From the NCBI GenBank assembly GCA_030141605.1, contig JAQGDQ010000088.1, forward strand, positions 1 to 64,000: 64,000 nt of DNA. The letters are read 5' to 3'. The notes beneath the pieces are model-generated. The model saw only the letters and a list, made by a program, of their open reading frames with translations, did no database searches and was not told where the DNA came from. Positions 40,558-53,699 of the stretch are shown piece after piece. A program made the translations under genes and the position numbers. Position 1 is the stretch's first letter, and every line of letters begins with the position of its first letter. The stretch is from Tubiluchus corallicola (lineage: Eukaryota; Animalia; Priapulida).

Positions 40558-43120
40558 TAAAAACCTTGCACTGTTTGGGAAAGGGTTTTACCCTAAAAAA
40601 AACTTCAGAAACCCTTTTGCAGTGTATTAAATTACGCTAGTTCAAATTTAACCCACTCTCTCTCTCTGTCTCTCTCCCTCCCTACGTCTATGCATTTTGT
40701 AGTTCTTCGAAACTTTGTCGCTACATTCTGCTAGTAGCAAATACATTTTTTGGCTACGTAGTTTTAATTTCTTGTAAAAATAAATGCTGCCTTGCAAATT
40801 TTGTGAAAGAAAAAGCACAAACAGTTCATCCGCTGATTAGACATTATATAGTTGTCATGTTGTTTACTAAAAAGAGTTGTTATTCTGTGTGAATTGATGT
40901 TCTGAATGCCCCTCAACTGCTTACGTCACAACGGAGGCAGAGCGACAGACCAATTTGCTTGACGTCAATTGGAATATTGTTCTAGCCACCATCATGACAT
41001 GTATACCCTTCTCAATACTTTCACTGTCACTGTTATGAAATTCCAGATAATTTTACCAAGGCTGTGCATAGATTCTCCTTACACTTCATGTTAGTGTTAG
41101 GTGTCCGTAGGGAAAATAATGACAGATGCCTTAGAAACCATCGAAGCGTTGTTGATTTGTAGCCGTTGCTGCCATTGAAGCCAGTTTTGTAGGATTAGCT
41201 ACTGCGCATGCGCGCTCTATTGTATTGTACTACATTGTTCATAATAATGAGCCTGTTTTACGTGTTCTTGCGTGGTCGCAGCGGTAAAGTTTTATCGCCG
41301 TCAACAGACTGTCTGTACAGTGTTTCAGTGGAAACGGGAGACAATCCAGGCGAAAATTTACTACAGCTGTTTTTTTAGAAAAGTAGCTAGTGTATAATAA
41401 CTAACGCGATTGTTATAGCTTAGTGCGTTATTCAGAAACAATACGCAGTCTTAAAGGCCTATAATTCTAGTGAATACCAGTGGACATTACATAGAGATTG
41501 CCAATTATAGGATGTAGATTAGGTAACTAATAGGGCATTGGTGATTTTCCAATCCTGTACTGCTATCTTGTACATTATAATAATTATATGTTTTTAGTCC
41601 TAAGTCTAATTATAATGGCAGATCACAATCCTGATAAACATGACAACCCTGCTGCACAGGACTGCTCCAATACCATTGCGCTGAAGAGATCTACAATCGC
41701 CTGAAAAATTCCTAGGAGCTAATGCTCCCGATCAGAGTGATCTATGGCAGAAATTATTAAAACGGTTTGAGCGCTACAGACTTGCAACACACTTGAATTC
41801 TGCAGACAACTGTGAACAAGTTGGTACGCTGTTATTCGTAATGGGTGACTGCACCGATGATATTTCAGTAACACAAAATCAATGAGGAATAAACACAACA
41901 CAGACAAATCAATGAGGAGTAAGCCATTGAAGAAGGAACCTCCAAAGCAGATGCGTTATAAAAATAGAAATGAAGGTGTTCATGAAGTAGATTCGGAAGG
42001 TGAATTTCGATTTCTAGGCACTGTAAGACAAGTAGAAGATATCAGTAAAGATTTGCTGAAAACAAACATAATGGTGAATGATCATCAATGTATGTTTGAG
42101 TTAGACACGGATGCCAATGACACGGTAATGGGTGAAGAGCATGTACCGTCTGGGACCAAAAAACAGTCCTCCACTAAGAAGTTGAGAGGACCGTCTAATA
42201 TCAAGCTTCCTGTATTTGGTGAGTTTGTGGCAAAACTCTCAAATGAGAAGCAAACAGTTGAAGGTACTGTGCATGTTGTGGAAGACCAACACCAGCCATT
42301 ACTCAGCCACAAAATGATTCTAGAGCTAGGATTTCTGGAGCCTAGTGAAGAAGTCTACACTGTTAGTTCAGCAGAACCTGTGGATTTCAAAAGAGAGTGT
42401 CCAGAACTTTTTAAAGGGCTTGGTTGCATGAAGGATTATGAGTACCATATTATGCAGATTGAGAACTCTACACCGCATTGTGAAACAACTCCACGAGGTG
42501 TTCCACAACCCTTGAAAGTACAGTACAAAGCTGAGTTAGACAAGATGTTGCATGATAGAGTCGTTTCACCGGTAAAGCAACCAACTGATTGGTGTAGCGG
42601 GGTTGTTCCTGTTCCAAAGAAGCGAAATGGCCAGCTTAATGTTAAATTAGGAATCGGCGTTGACTTGACAAAACTTAGCGAAACGGTTAAGCGAGAGCAT
42701 CATCTTGTAGCAAATGTGGAAGAGAGTCTAGCAAAATTGGCTAATGGCAAGTTTTTTAGGATTTTAGATGCCAATTCAGGATTTTGGCAATTTCCACTTG
42801 ACAAAGATTACTAACGACCTTGATTACTCCATGGGGTAGGTTTGTTTCAATAGAATTCCCTTTGAAATTTGCTCTGCCCCAAAAGTGTACCAGCGTTACA
42901 TGTCACAGCTCCTTGATGATAGTGAAGGAGTGGTTTGCCACATCTATGATGTACACATTCAAGGAAGTACTCACGAAGAGCATGACAATCGTATTTGGCA
43001 TGTTCTAGAAAGAATAAAGCAAGTGGGATTAACCCTTAACCTAGAAAAGACTTTTTCAGCCAGAAGCAGGTCAAATTTGTTGGACATAAAGTGGATGCTT
43101 CGGGTATTCATCCAGATCCT

Positions 43121-45203
43121 TTATGAAGGCACAGTTTGACCGGAAACTTCATTGTGCGAGAACGTTTTAAGTTCTGGAGTGACATGCAACGGAAGCCAGG
43201 CGAAACTCTCCAGGAGTTAGCAACCAGCATACGCCAAGACGCTGCCGTAACCATTATTTTCGACTTGCGGAAATTCTACCAGTACCTCTACGGGCGTCAT
43301 TTCATACTGGTGACTGATCATAAGCCACTGACATCACTCTTCGGACCGAAGAAAGGGACGCCACTTCTCGCAGCTAATCGTCTAGCTTGGTGGGCCGTGT
43401 GACCGAACCAATTTGACTGCACCATCGAGTACCGGAAAACAGCAGATCACGGCAATGCAGATGCCCTTAGTCGCTTGCCACCTGGTGACGACAACGACTT
43501 CAACAGGGAGGAAAATGGTAAAGATATGGATATGGTATGTGCCATCAAAGTCTTCAAGTCAAGCCTGTGGACGCCAACATTCTGCGACAAAAGTCAGGGA
43601 AAGATCCAGTGCTAGCTACAGTCATGCGCTACGTCCAAGAAGGATGGCCACCGAAGTACACTGAGATCAACGAAGAAGTCGGAAAGTTCCGGAAGTTGTC
43701 GGATTCACTCAGTATCTGCCACGGATGCCTCATCCATGGATCAAGAGTTGTGATTCCACAGAGCCTGCAGTCCAAGATCCTGGATCTACTGCATATCGGG
43801 CACTTGGCAACAGTTGGCAAGAACTGCTGTCTACTGGCCCGGTATCGATGCAGCTATCGAGATGGCTAGCCGATGATGTGACTCGTGCGGAGAACATCAA
43901 AACAAGCCATCCAAGCTTGCAGTTCACCCATGGATGCTACCAGAGAAGCCATGGAGCCGCTTACACCTGGATCACGCCATTAACTTCATGGGTACAAACT
44001 GGTTGGTGATCACGGATGCTTACTCAAAGTATTCATGCATTCACCTACGTCTTCCACGTCCACTAGAGCCACTCTAGATCTGCTGGGTTACCTCAGACAC
44101 TGGTCACAGACAATGCATCAACCTTCATGTCTGAAGAATTCCAGAGCTGGTACAGAGAGCATGGGATCACACATCTCACAGGAGCACCATACCATCCAGC
44201 TATCAACGGAGCAGCAGAACGCTTGGTGCAGACATTCAAGCAAGCACTCCGGAAGTCTTCTCTGCCCCCGAAGCAAGCACTTCAAGAGTTCCTGATGCAG
44301 TACCGCAGAACACCGACATCCTGTGGATTCTTGATGTCTCGGCAGATACGGACAAGGATCGACTCTCTGCTACCCTCGCCAGTGCACACCGCTCAGAGCA
44401 AGCAATCCAAGGAGCCATCTCGCTCGACTCCAGACTCGGGATGTGTCACCAAGGTCACCAAGCAGTACAAGGCTGGAGATCCTTTTATGCACTGTACTAT
44501 CGACCTCGTCAAGAAGGACATCCCCGATGGGTACCAGCGTTCATCAAGAAGTCTCTGGTTACTCGCTGCTTCAACGTTAAGGTCCTCCCTCATGGTCCAG
44601 TATGGAGACGACACTGGGAACAGCTACGTCCGTGCTATGCTTCTGCGGAGGACTTTGAACCTGGTGATGAGACAGACTTTACTTTTGAGCTTCCACCTGA
44701 TCATCCAATGGAGATCCTGGAAGAACTGCCAGAAACTTTGAAGCAGACCTGAGCACCTCGGCCCATGTCCGAGACCGAGCCGCCTGTGCCAGAATATGGA
44801 CCGGACAACCCCAGATGATCCTAGAGAACACCTAAGCCGAGAGAGACACTTTGTTGCTGATGCTTTGGATATAGTATCAGTTTCGGCGGGGAGGTGTTCT
44901 GAAATATTCTATAGTATAGTAGAACAGTCTTCTTATCTTGTATAAGCTTCGAGAACTTTCTATTTCTAGATTGTTCCTTTGCACTGATATATATAAGGCG
45001 GAGCTGGCCGCTGGAGATTATTCTCTTGTATTCTCAGATACGCTTTCTCGCTTTCACATTTCCAGATTATCACATTTACTGTAAACATTTCGCGTTCCTT
45101 CATACACTTGTGTTGTAGAATTCTCATATAATAAACTAGTTTAATTTGATGACGTGTTTTCTGGTTTTCTCTACGAGCCTTCCGAGAGAAACAAAACACA
45201 ACA
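43121..45203 (+). mobile_element. Nested 5'-truncated Gypsy element 'B' inside element A; 3' LTR 44895-45203
   Basis: Abrupt shift to higher GC. A gag-like fragment ERFKFWSDMQRKPGETLQELA is fused to RNase H (YLYGRHFILVTDHKPL), then integrase (GAPYHPAINGAAERLVQTFK). PPT ggcggggagg precedes TGTTCT...ACAACA. Element A coding resumes at 45204. Confidence 0.88.
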
Positions 45204-45945
45204 GAAAGTCAGGAGAAGGCATTTTCAGAAATAAAAGTCTTTTAGCATCTCCTATAGGACTTGCTCATTATGATATTTCAAAGCTAACCATAATTACTGC
45301 AGATGCTTCTCAGGTAGGACTTGGTGCAGTCTTGCTACAAGAAATGATGTTGAGAAGCCTGGTGCCCATGCGTCCAGATCTTTAATGGATACAGACAAGC
45401 GATATGCCATAATAGAGAAAGAAGCATTAGCATGCATCTGGACATGTGAAAAATTCAAACAGTACATTCAAGGAATGCATGTTTGAATCCAGAGTGATCA
45501 TAAGCTGTTAATCTGAGTTCATGCAATCTTTGCAAGATGCCCCCACGCATTTTAAGATTTCGTCTCGTCAGATTTTCATATAGAATTGAGCATGTGCCTG
45601 GCAAGAACCAGACATCTGCAGATGCTTTGATCGGAGATCCATCAAATCTACCAGGTGACAAGGACTACAATTTGGTCGAAACTGTTGAAGATTTTACTGA
45701 CCATACAGTGAAAAGCATTTCAGCTTCATCCATGAAACTTTTGGAGTTTCAACACGAGTAAAGCAAAGATGAAGAACTATGTGAAGTGATTAAATGTGTT
45801 AATCAAGGATGACCGGGGTATGCACCACATGGTAGTTTACAGCCATATTGGACACAAAGGCATCATTTCAGCATAATCAACAACTTACTGATGTATGACA
45901 ACCGCATAGTTGTCCCAAAGTTAGATGTTCTTGAGAGAGCTCTCA

Positions 45946-45994
45946 TGTTTTCTGGTTTTCTCTACGAGCTATCCAAGAGAAACAAAACACAACA
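45946..45994 (+). repeat. Second copy of the 3' end of the element-B LTR
   Basis: 49 bp nearly identical to 45155-45203 (tgttttctggttttctctacgagc...gagaaacaaaacacaaca). Confidence 0.85.
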
Positions 45995-48900
45995 ATTTTG
46001 TCCTGCAGAACTTCTGATGTGAAGAAAATTAGGAATAAGAATGCCACAGATACACTTTAGTATTTAGTACTACAATGCCATCGGAAGTAGAATGAAAGGA
46101 AGAGACTATCAGCGAAAAAGCTTGCAATAATTACAAGAAACGACATGAAACAAGAATGCTACCAGAGTTGGAAGAAGGTGAAGATGCGTACATTCCTAAA
46201 GAAGATCGGTTCGGAGCGGTTGTGGAGAAGGCTCCAAATCCTAGATCGATACTTGTTGAAACTGATGAGGATGCAGCTTTACGATGCAACTGTGCAGCAG
46301 TTACTGCCTTGCCCAAACCTAAACTCAACCCTCCACATACTATGTAACTCCCACATATATTCCAAAATTGCCTAAATCTAGTGTTGCCAGCAATCTTTGC
46401 TGTTACAGTCTCATTCTCAAAATCTCAAAAATATTGTTATGGTCATTCTCAAAAGTATGGTTACGTCTTTGTTCAGCATCAAGCAAGTACATCGCCGGGT
46501 TGCATAGTGAAATCTGTGAAAAAACTGAATTTGTGAGTCCAAATTGGGAGTGAAATTTGAAGATTCAAGAATGTGGAGCTAAATCTTATTGAACATTATT
46601 AATGAACGATATTTGACAACTGTAATGTGTAACAGTTCATGTTTCATTATTGGTTTAGATAATGAGCTATGTTTTGCACTTAAAGAGGGAGATGTAGGAT
46701 TAGCTACTGCGGATGTGTGCTCCATTGTATTGTACTACATTGTTCATAATAATGAGTCTACTTTACGTGTTCTTACAAGTGTTACCAATGTTGCCAGTTG
46801 TTGCCTTATGGACTCTGTTCCCAATTGTAGTGGTGCATGTACTTTGCACCTTTCTGTCGTCCAGCCCAGACAAATTAGCATTCAACTTTGCGTAATTTAG
46901 TGAGATATTTTGCTGTATACCTGCATTTCTTTTTCTATATAACTAGAATGTATGCATAATAGATTGCTTTGACATATGAGTTGACCAATCAGCATCGCTT
47001 AAACTTGAAATGAATGGTGACCTTGCTTCTCTATGCACGGTTGGGCAGGGCACGAATCAAGTAGTCAGTCTGATTTTAAGTTGTGAACCTGTTTGTTAGA
47101 TGAGCGTGATAAATGTTGGTGGTAAATATGTGAGTGCTGGATAATGTGATCTTACTCATGTGATCTCGTGATCATTAGTTGTGATCATGCTTATATTCTA
47201 AATAATACTGTAGTACCATTAGTTTAGTTCTTATTAAGTTTTTATTAGTAAGTCCTTACTTAGTCAGTTTTTTACTTGCTACATAGACGTTAGTATTTTA
47301 AATTTTTCGATTTTGTCTCTGTGGTATTTATACCAACTTGTGCCTTTGTATGTTGTTTGCCATGAACCTGAAGGCATTTTTGCTGTTTCGCGTACACAAA
47401 ATTGAATTGGAAATATCTAAGGGCAAACGCCAACCCGGCCAAGCGGATTTTCTGTAAAAGTTGCCCCATGTTGTCAGAAGCTTTTTGTTACAAATTAAAC
47501 AAAGGTGCATAAAAGTGAAGAACTTTGAAAGAAGTTGAATCCTGTTTTTGACGTTAATGATACTAAAGTTTCCGTAAAATTAGTTTGGTGAAAAACAAAG
47601 TGCACAAAATTGCCCTGTTGTCAGAACTACGATATTTGAAGCCTGAATTTAGGTACAGACGTCCTATTGCTCAGTATAGTAGGTGACTAGTGCCTTTGTG
47701 ATAGGAATGTCACAATGGTAACGTATTGGAGAGCTGCGGCACAGTATTGTTAAATTTTACGAGCCTAAGATAGGAAATTGCCTTATCTTACCTTTATTTC
47801 ATTGATGTGCTAGCATGAATGTAAACCATATTGTAACTTCCAGAGTCATTGATGTGTACGTGGATAAGAAGGGTGGTGAAAACACAGTATATTAAAGGGA
47901 ATTATAAGGTATAGCGAAAACAAATTTCCATACAAAGTTGTTACTTAGTGTTGTGCTCGCCTGTTTAAAAGACTTATGAAATGGGGATGGAGAAGTAAGT
48001 AAAAAAATTTATTTGTCTCTGAATGTTACAAAATAAACATAAACAAAAGCTAAAATAAAAACTAAAATAAAGACGGAAAAGAGATGGGGTGGCGAAAAGA
48101 CCAAGGGTCACCAAGTCAACCACCCCTTTCCAAACCGAGGAAAATTAAGTACCTGTCAAGTAATCAGCAACTTAACAAAATAAAAAAAAATAAATGAGGC
48201 AACAAGTTCAAATGAGTTTAAATTTAGAAACAGTAAATAAATTTGGCAAAGAAAATTTTTAATTTAAAATACTCACACCACTTAGTACAACGGCACGATA
48301 TGTGTGCTTGAAAAGCAAAACCGGCCATAAGTAGGCATAGTTAAAACTACGTTATGATGCTTCAAAGTAAAATGCACCAAAATTTTGATTTAATGTTAAT
48401 TACTTGTTTTTTGTAAAAACATACACTAAATGTATTGGACTTTTATATTCTAGCATCAAATTATCAAGAAAATGTCAAAAAATACTACAAATTTAATTTT
48501 ATTAAATTTTATTTTAAATGTCATCACGCTAATTATAGTAAAATAGGCTTTATATTCTCCGGGCACTATTTGATGAATTATCACTTAAAATAATTTGTCA
48601 TTAGTGTCAAATATAAAAGCTTGCATTTCAGTTGCAGATAAGGTCTTCTGAGTGTGCCTTGGTCTCCATTACTCAAATAAAATGCCAAGTCTGCTTTCAG
48701 TACTGTTCAGCACTGGCTGCTGTTACATTCTGTGAATAAATGTGCAGGTGCAACAAATAATTACCTTGGTGTGCTAATAATAGCCTGAGCTGATGAGCGC
48801 AGCAGTTCAGATCAACATTCGCTAGTGAGTATAAGCGCAAGTGAAAATTTTTATTCAATAGTTTGCATGAAACTTGTTCAAATAGTGAAAAGAAAGAAAA

Positions 48901-51769
48901 CAACAGAATTTATTTTGTTCTTATATAATTTACTTGTATGTTGGCCATTTCTTTTCCAAAGTTCATTAAAATTGGAGAGTGGAAAGTTTAGTTAATAAGG
49001 CTCTGCTTTTACCTGTCACAGATGATGGGAAAATGTATGTACCTGTTGGGAAGGAGTTAATATTTATCCGATTTCATAACTTTCACTAAAATATTTTTCG
49101 ACAAACCATGGAATGTTCTCTAAAATTTCTGATCAACAATCTTTCCCAGCTAAATGGAACTCTGTCTCAAATAATGATAATGGTCAGAGTTTTGGAAAAT
49201 TGTAAATGAATTCAAAATTTGCGTCATTTCCAACTATCCTCGATTTATTGTCAAAGCCTGGAAAATTGTTTGCATTTCATAAACAGCTGTCAAACTTAAT
49301 TTGGACATTCGATTAAATTTGTTGTATTATGCAGTATGTGTTAAAATAATGTCTTCATATTAAAATTTATACAAAAATATGATTTAACAAAATTAGTGCC
49401 TTTACTGACAGTATCTGATAACTAATAATACCAGAGTGTATTCCAAATTCAATATGTATATGCCAGCAATAAAATACTTTTAGCAGTATGGTAGTCTGCT
49501 TATACGAAAAAAGAGCGTATATCCTTTAAAGGCTTGGCATAATGGTACATTGGCATAATTGACGTCAAACATATTGGTCTACCGCTTCACCACCGCTGCA
49601 ACATAAGCACGCTTAGCAGCATTCTGGACAACAGCTCACGCAGGACAACAAATGTCTAAGCTAAACTAAACAACATGACATTCACAATTAATGTCTAGTC
49701 AGCAGATAAACTGATTGCTCTTTTTTCATAAACACAAATTTGCAGAGCAGTAGCTATTTTAACACGATATTAACACTTCAAGTAACCAAAAAATGACTTT
49801 TCAGTGTAGAGGAGAAGTTTCAAAGCACTACGAAATACAGAGACATAAATACAGTAAAGAAACTAAGCCAGAGCCTTGCTTTATAATAAATGAGCAATAA
49901 AAATATTGTCTCTCTTGCCTTTAAACATATGAACATCAAGCCTGTGGTGTATTTCTCTGTATTAATTGATCATGTGCTTGTCTGCAAGATTTATTGAGGT
50001 TTTGTATTTTCCCGTTTGTCAGGCTTCGGAAATAGAATAAATTTGACTGTTCCATTCTATAGATGACAGTTATATTGAATGTCCGAGTCACATAAGTCCC
50101 AATGGTATCTTTTAACCTGGAATATAACCAGAAAAATAGCATAAAATTAGCTAATATTGCATTGATGTATAATATAGGTTCACCACATTTGAATTAATTT
50201 TGACTGTGAAGATCTTATTGAGGTTTTTAAAAACTGGCCAGAAATGAACACATTTTGTTTTGTTCTTATATAAGGTTAATTAAATAGTTGTTTTTATCTA
50301 ATTTGCAAAGCCATAAACTAAACTAAACTGCATATTTTCTTGACTGCTGCATGATTTAGTCAGCAACTCATAGACGTAAGCGTTGTGCATTTCTTCCTAT
50401 AAACGAAACTAGACTGTATATTTCACTAAATTTCAATTGACAATAATAACATCTAGAACAAGGCCAATATTTCTCCCGCTAACTAATGAAAAGTTGAGCA
50501 TTTTTCGTAACAGTGTTAGTCAGAGCTGTAGCTAAATGTCACGAACGTACCTGCTGCAGGGGTGTGTGAAATAACTTGCACGCTGATTGGGCAGTCAACT
50601 AAAATGATTGACATTATGTTAGACGTCAATAGTAAGCCAGTTAAACATGGTTAAAAGACAAGAAAAGGGGTACATGAAGTAGGTTTCAAAAAAATCGCTC
50701 TAAAAATTATATTACTGTATAGCAATTTTATGCGTATATCAAACTCGCGTTGAAAGGTCTTTCTTGTTTATTTTCATTTTAAATCTCCCGCATTACTGTT
50801 CCAATCGCACCATCACATGATGTCATATACACACAATGTAAATCAAGGGAAGAAAAGGAAATGTTAAACTATGTCCCAAAAAACTTTCCATGCTATGTTA
50901 TATTACTTAGCATTTTGTTTATCTGCTTGAAAGACTTATGCAACTAAAAAAATTATTAATTATTTAAAATGTTTTCACCAATTGGTAAAATGTGTTTGAC
51001 TTATCTCCAGAGTGCACTACTCACTAACGAAAAAAACATTTTTAATCTTATTGACAAGATACACTGATACAGTAATTTAAAATTTTATTTAGTTAGTGAC
51101 GTTTGCGCTACGAATGCTCTGATTATTTTTTCTAACTTTACTAAATGTTATGTAAACGTGCTTCAAATGACTTATCGTCGAAATGTCGAAATGGCTGTGT
51201 TTAGCAGTTATCGCAGGAGTTTAAATATACATGTTTTATACAGCGTTGCTGCCGACGTAAGCCCGACATGCAAAAAGGCAGTATGTAAGTGGTATAAAGT
51301 TTCGAGACGAATTTTTTAAGCTTTTTGTAAATGGAGGGTTTTCTTGTGCTTTAAGAATAATTGAATAAGCCAGTTTTTTATTTGAGCATCATATTTAGTT
51401 CTGGCACAATGTAAATGAGCATTTTTCAGTTCTCTTCACTTCTGTGAGGTTATTTATTCAGCAATTTTGGTTGAGCCCTTTGTGAAAACGCCTATGATGT
51501 GTAACTGTTAAGATTTTTATACATTGTTTATTTATTTAGGCATACATTTAGAGAATACGAAAGATGCATGCAGCCTAGTTAAACTAGCGACTTTTCACGT
51601 GGTGTAGGAAAAATCAACCGTAGCACGCAAGCAAATACAAGCGAGCCATAAAGACTTGCAATCTAAGAACAAACTATGTTTAAAGTCATTGCTAGAGCAA
51701 CTACTAACAGTATGATTAAATATGTAAACTTTGAAGTTGCCTAATCATCTTAATTAATTATTTGAAATC

Positions 51770-52879
51770 ATGAATGCAACAACGTTGTATGTGACAACTT
51801 GTCGTTATGTGATAATGGCAGATCCTGATGATGAGAGCACATGGCAAGATTTATATCGTCTGCTTCCCTATTTGAAGTCTGCTCTTTCCTGCTGTGTATG
51901 TGGAGCTATTCTTGTTAATCCATTTGGTTGTTTTGAATCTCCGTGCTCACATCATGTTTGCAAAGCATGCATTGGTGGAAAGATGCGCCTAAAACCGTCA
52001 TGTAGTTGGTGTAAGGATTACAAAAAATACACTCAGAATAAACAGTTACGTATATTAGTACACTGTTACAAGAAGTTATGCGAGTATGTGGCAAGTACAA
52101 GTGTTATGTGTAGCTCACATGCAGTGCCGAGTACAAATGGATGTATTTCTACAATTGCTGACATGATTACTGAAGGCATGAATGTGTGTGATGATTATTC
52201 AGCACGTAATCAGATGACAGAGTCCACATTTAATCTGTTTTCTACATTACCAGATCCAACTACAACTGTTGCAAAGAAAAGTTATAAAAAATCTACTTAC
52301 AGTAGAGCACCAGTAGCCCCTTCATCTCATAAAATTACTCAGTATAAAAGCAAGGCTCATCAGATTGAAGGAGAAACAAATAGAAACTCTTTGAATTCAA
52401 GTGGATCATTATACAGCGTGACATTAGCAGGCACTGGATCTAAAATCAAAATAAAACGAAACTGGCCTAGTCACTTCGAAGGAAAGGTGAAGAAGACGAA
52501 ATTCAAGTTGGACAATTTTGCTCACAGCCATGGTGATAATTTGCACAGTGATTCAAATGACATGTCATCGTCAACCGAAAAAGAAGATCAACAGGAAGAT
52601 AATGCACAAATGTCTAAACCCAAATTAATCAGAAAAGGTTGTCGCTGTGGTACTGCAACTCCAAGCCCGGGGAAGTTAACATGTTGTGGGCAACGCTGCC
52701 CTTGCTATGTGGAAGCAAAATGTTGCTTTGAATGTCGTTGCCGAGGCTGCCGCAATCCATACAAACCAGATGGGACAAAGGTTGTTCCAGATTATACAGA
52801 GTTGGTTGAGCAAACATTTTCGTCTATGGCAGAAAGTTCAGACGAATCATGTGATGTGGATGTCAATGTTGACATGTGA
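51770..52879 (+). CDS. MSL2: E3 ubiquitin-protein ligase MSL2 (male-specific lethal 2 homolog), single coding exon, 369 aa
   Basis: N-terminus MNATTLYVTT..LYRLLPYL, followed by the RING CCVC..CSHHVCKAC..KPSCSWC. C-terminal CXC domain KGCRCGTATPSPGKLTCCGQRCPCY..CRCRGCRNP. ATG 51770, TGA 52877-52879. Confidence 0.95.
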   Translation: MNATTLYVTTCRYVIMADPDDESTWQDLYRLLPYLKSALSCCVCGAILVNPFGCFESPCSHHVCKACIGGKMRLKPSCSWCKDYKKYTQNKQLRILVHCYKKLCEYVASTSVMCSSHAVPSTNGCISTIADMITEGMNVCDDYSARNQMTESTFNLFSTLPDPTTTVAKKSYKKSTYSRAPVAPSSHKITQYKSKAHQIEGETNRNSLNSSGSLYSVTLAGTGSKIKIKRNWPSHFEGKVKKTKFKLDNFAHSHGDNLHSDSNDMSSSTEKEDQQEDNAQMSKPKLIRKGCRCGTATPSPGKLTCCGQRCPCYVEAKCCFECRCRGCRNPYKPDGTKVVPDYTELVEQTFSSMAESSDESCDVDVNVDM

Positions 52880-53699
52880 CTTTTAGTTCTTGTAAATATG
52901 TATTTGTCACTTGTTTTAGTTCTTACTTAGTAGTTTTTATTTGTGTACATAATTCAGCTGCCATATCAATTTTAAGCTTTTGTCAGACATGGATTTAATT
53001 GTTTACATATTTCAGCCCAAATCATAGTATGTCAGACCTGCTTACCAAGACATTATTGTAAATATATACTTGCCTATTGGTGTGTATACATGTTCCTGCA
53101 TGTGCTTATAGATGCTAATTGATTTAAGTACTATATCACATTTTTTAAACTATTATCAGCTTTGATAACCAACAGCTGTACATTATTATTTATGAGATGC
53201 TGTCTAATTTATGAATCTATGTTAGACTTTGTCGCAATACTCTGCTACAAATTTGTTAAATCTGGTAGTGAAATGTTTGCTAAATTTAATCTGTAATTTT
53301 GGCTGTTCATTCCCATCTACTTAACGCTGCTTGACATTTGCAGTAGTTTGCAAAACATCTTGGAAACATGGGTGTTTAGTATTTAAATGAATTTATGATG
53401 TGGTGCACAAGGGACTTGCACATCTAGATTTGAACAGGCCAATGACTTCTAATAAATTACATTGCCTTGCATAGTTTTAATAATAGGGAATTCTTCAAGT
53501 TGATTCTGATTTAGCTGAGATTTGTGCTGATTTTCTTGGGATAAAAACTTCGATATTGACAGTACTGCAACACAGACAATGAAATTTCTAAATTCTTAAG
53601 CAGTAGTAGATCATTTAGTACCGGGAATAAAAAATCAAGTGGTTAATAATACATTAGTCTTTGCATTGGTTTTTGACTTGTACAAAGAATTTTCAAGGT

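Larger units (their letters stand above)
41188..46777 (+). mobile_element. Gypsy LTR retrotransposon 'A' (decayed) with 85-bp LTRs
   Basis: LTRs 41188-41272 and 46693-46777 (9 differences in 85 bp). TSD AGTTT/AGTGT. PBS TGGTCGCAGCGGT at 41273 resembles the complement of a tRNA-Leu 3' end. PPT aaagagggaga before the 3' LTR. Protease FELDTDA, RT DWCSGVVPVPK..VDLTKL..LDANSGFWQ, RNase H ADASQVGLGAVLLQ..RYAIIEKEALA. Confidence 0.92.
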
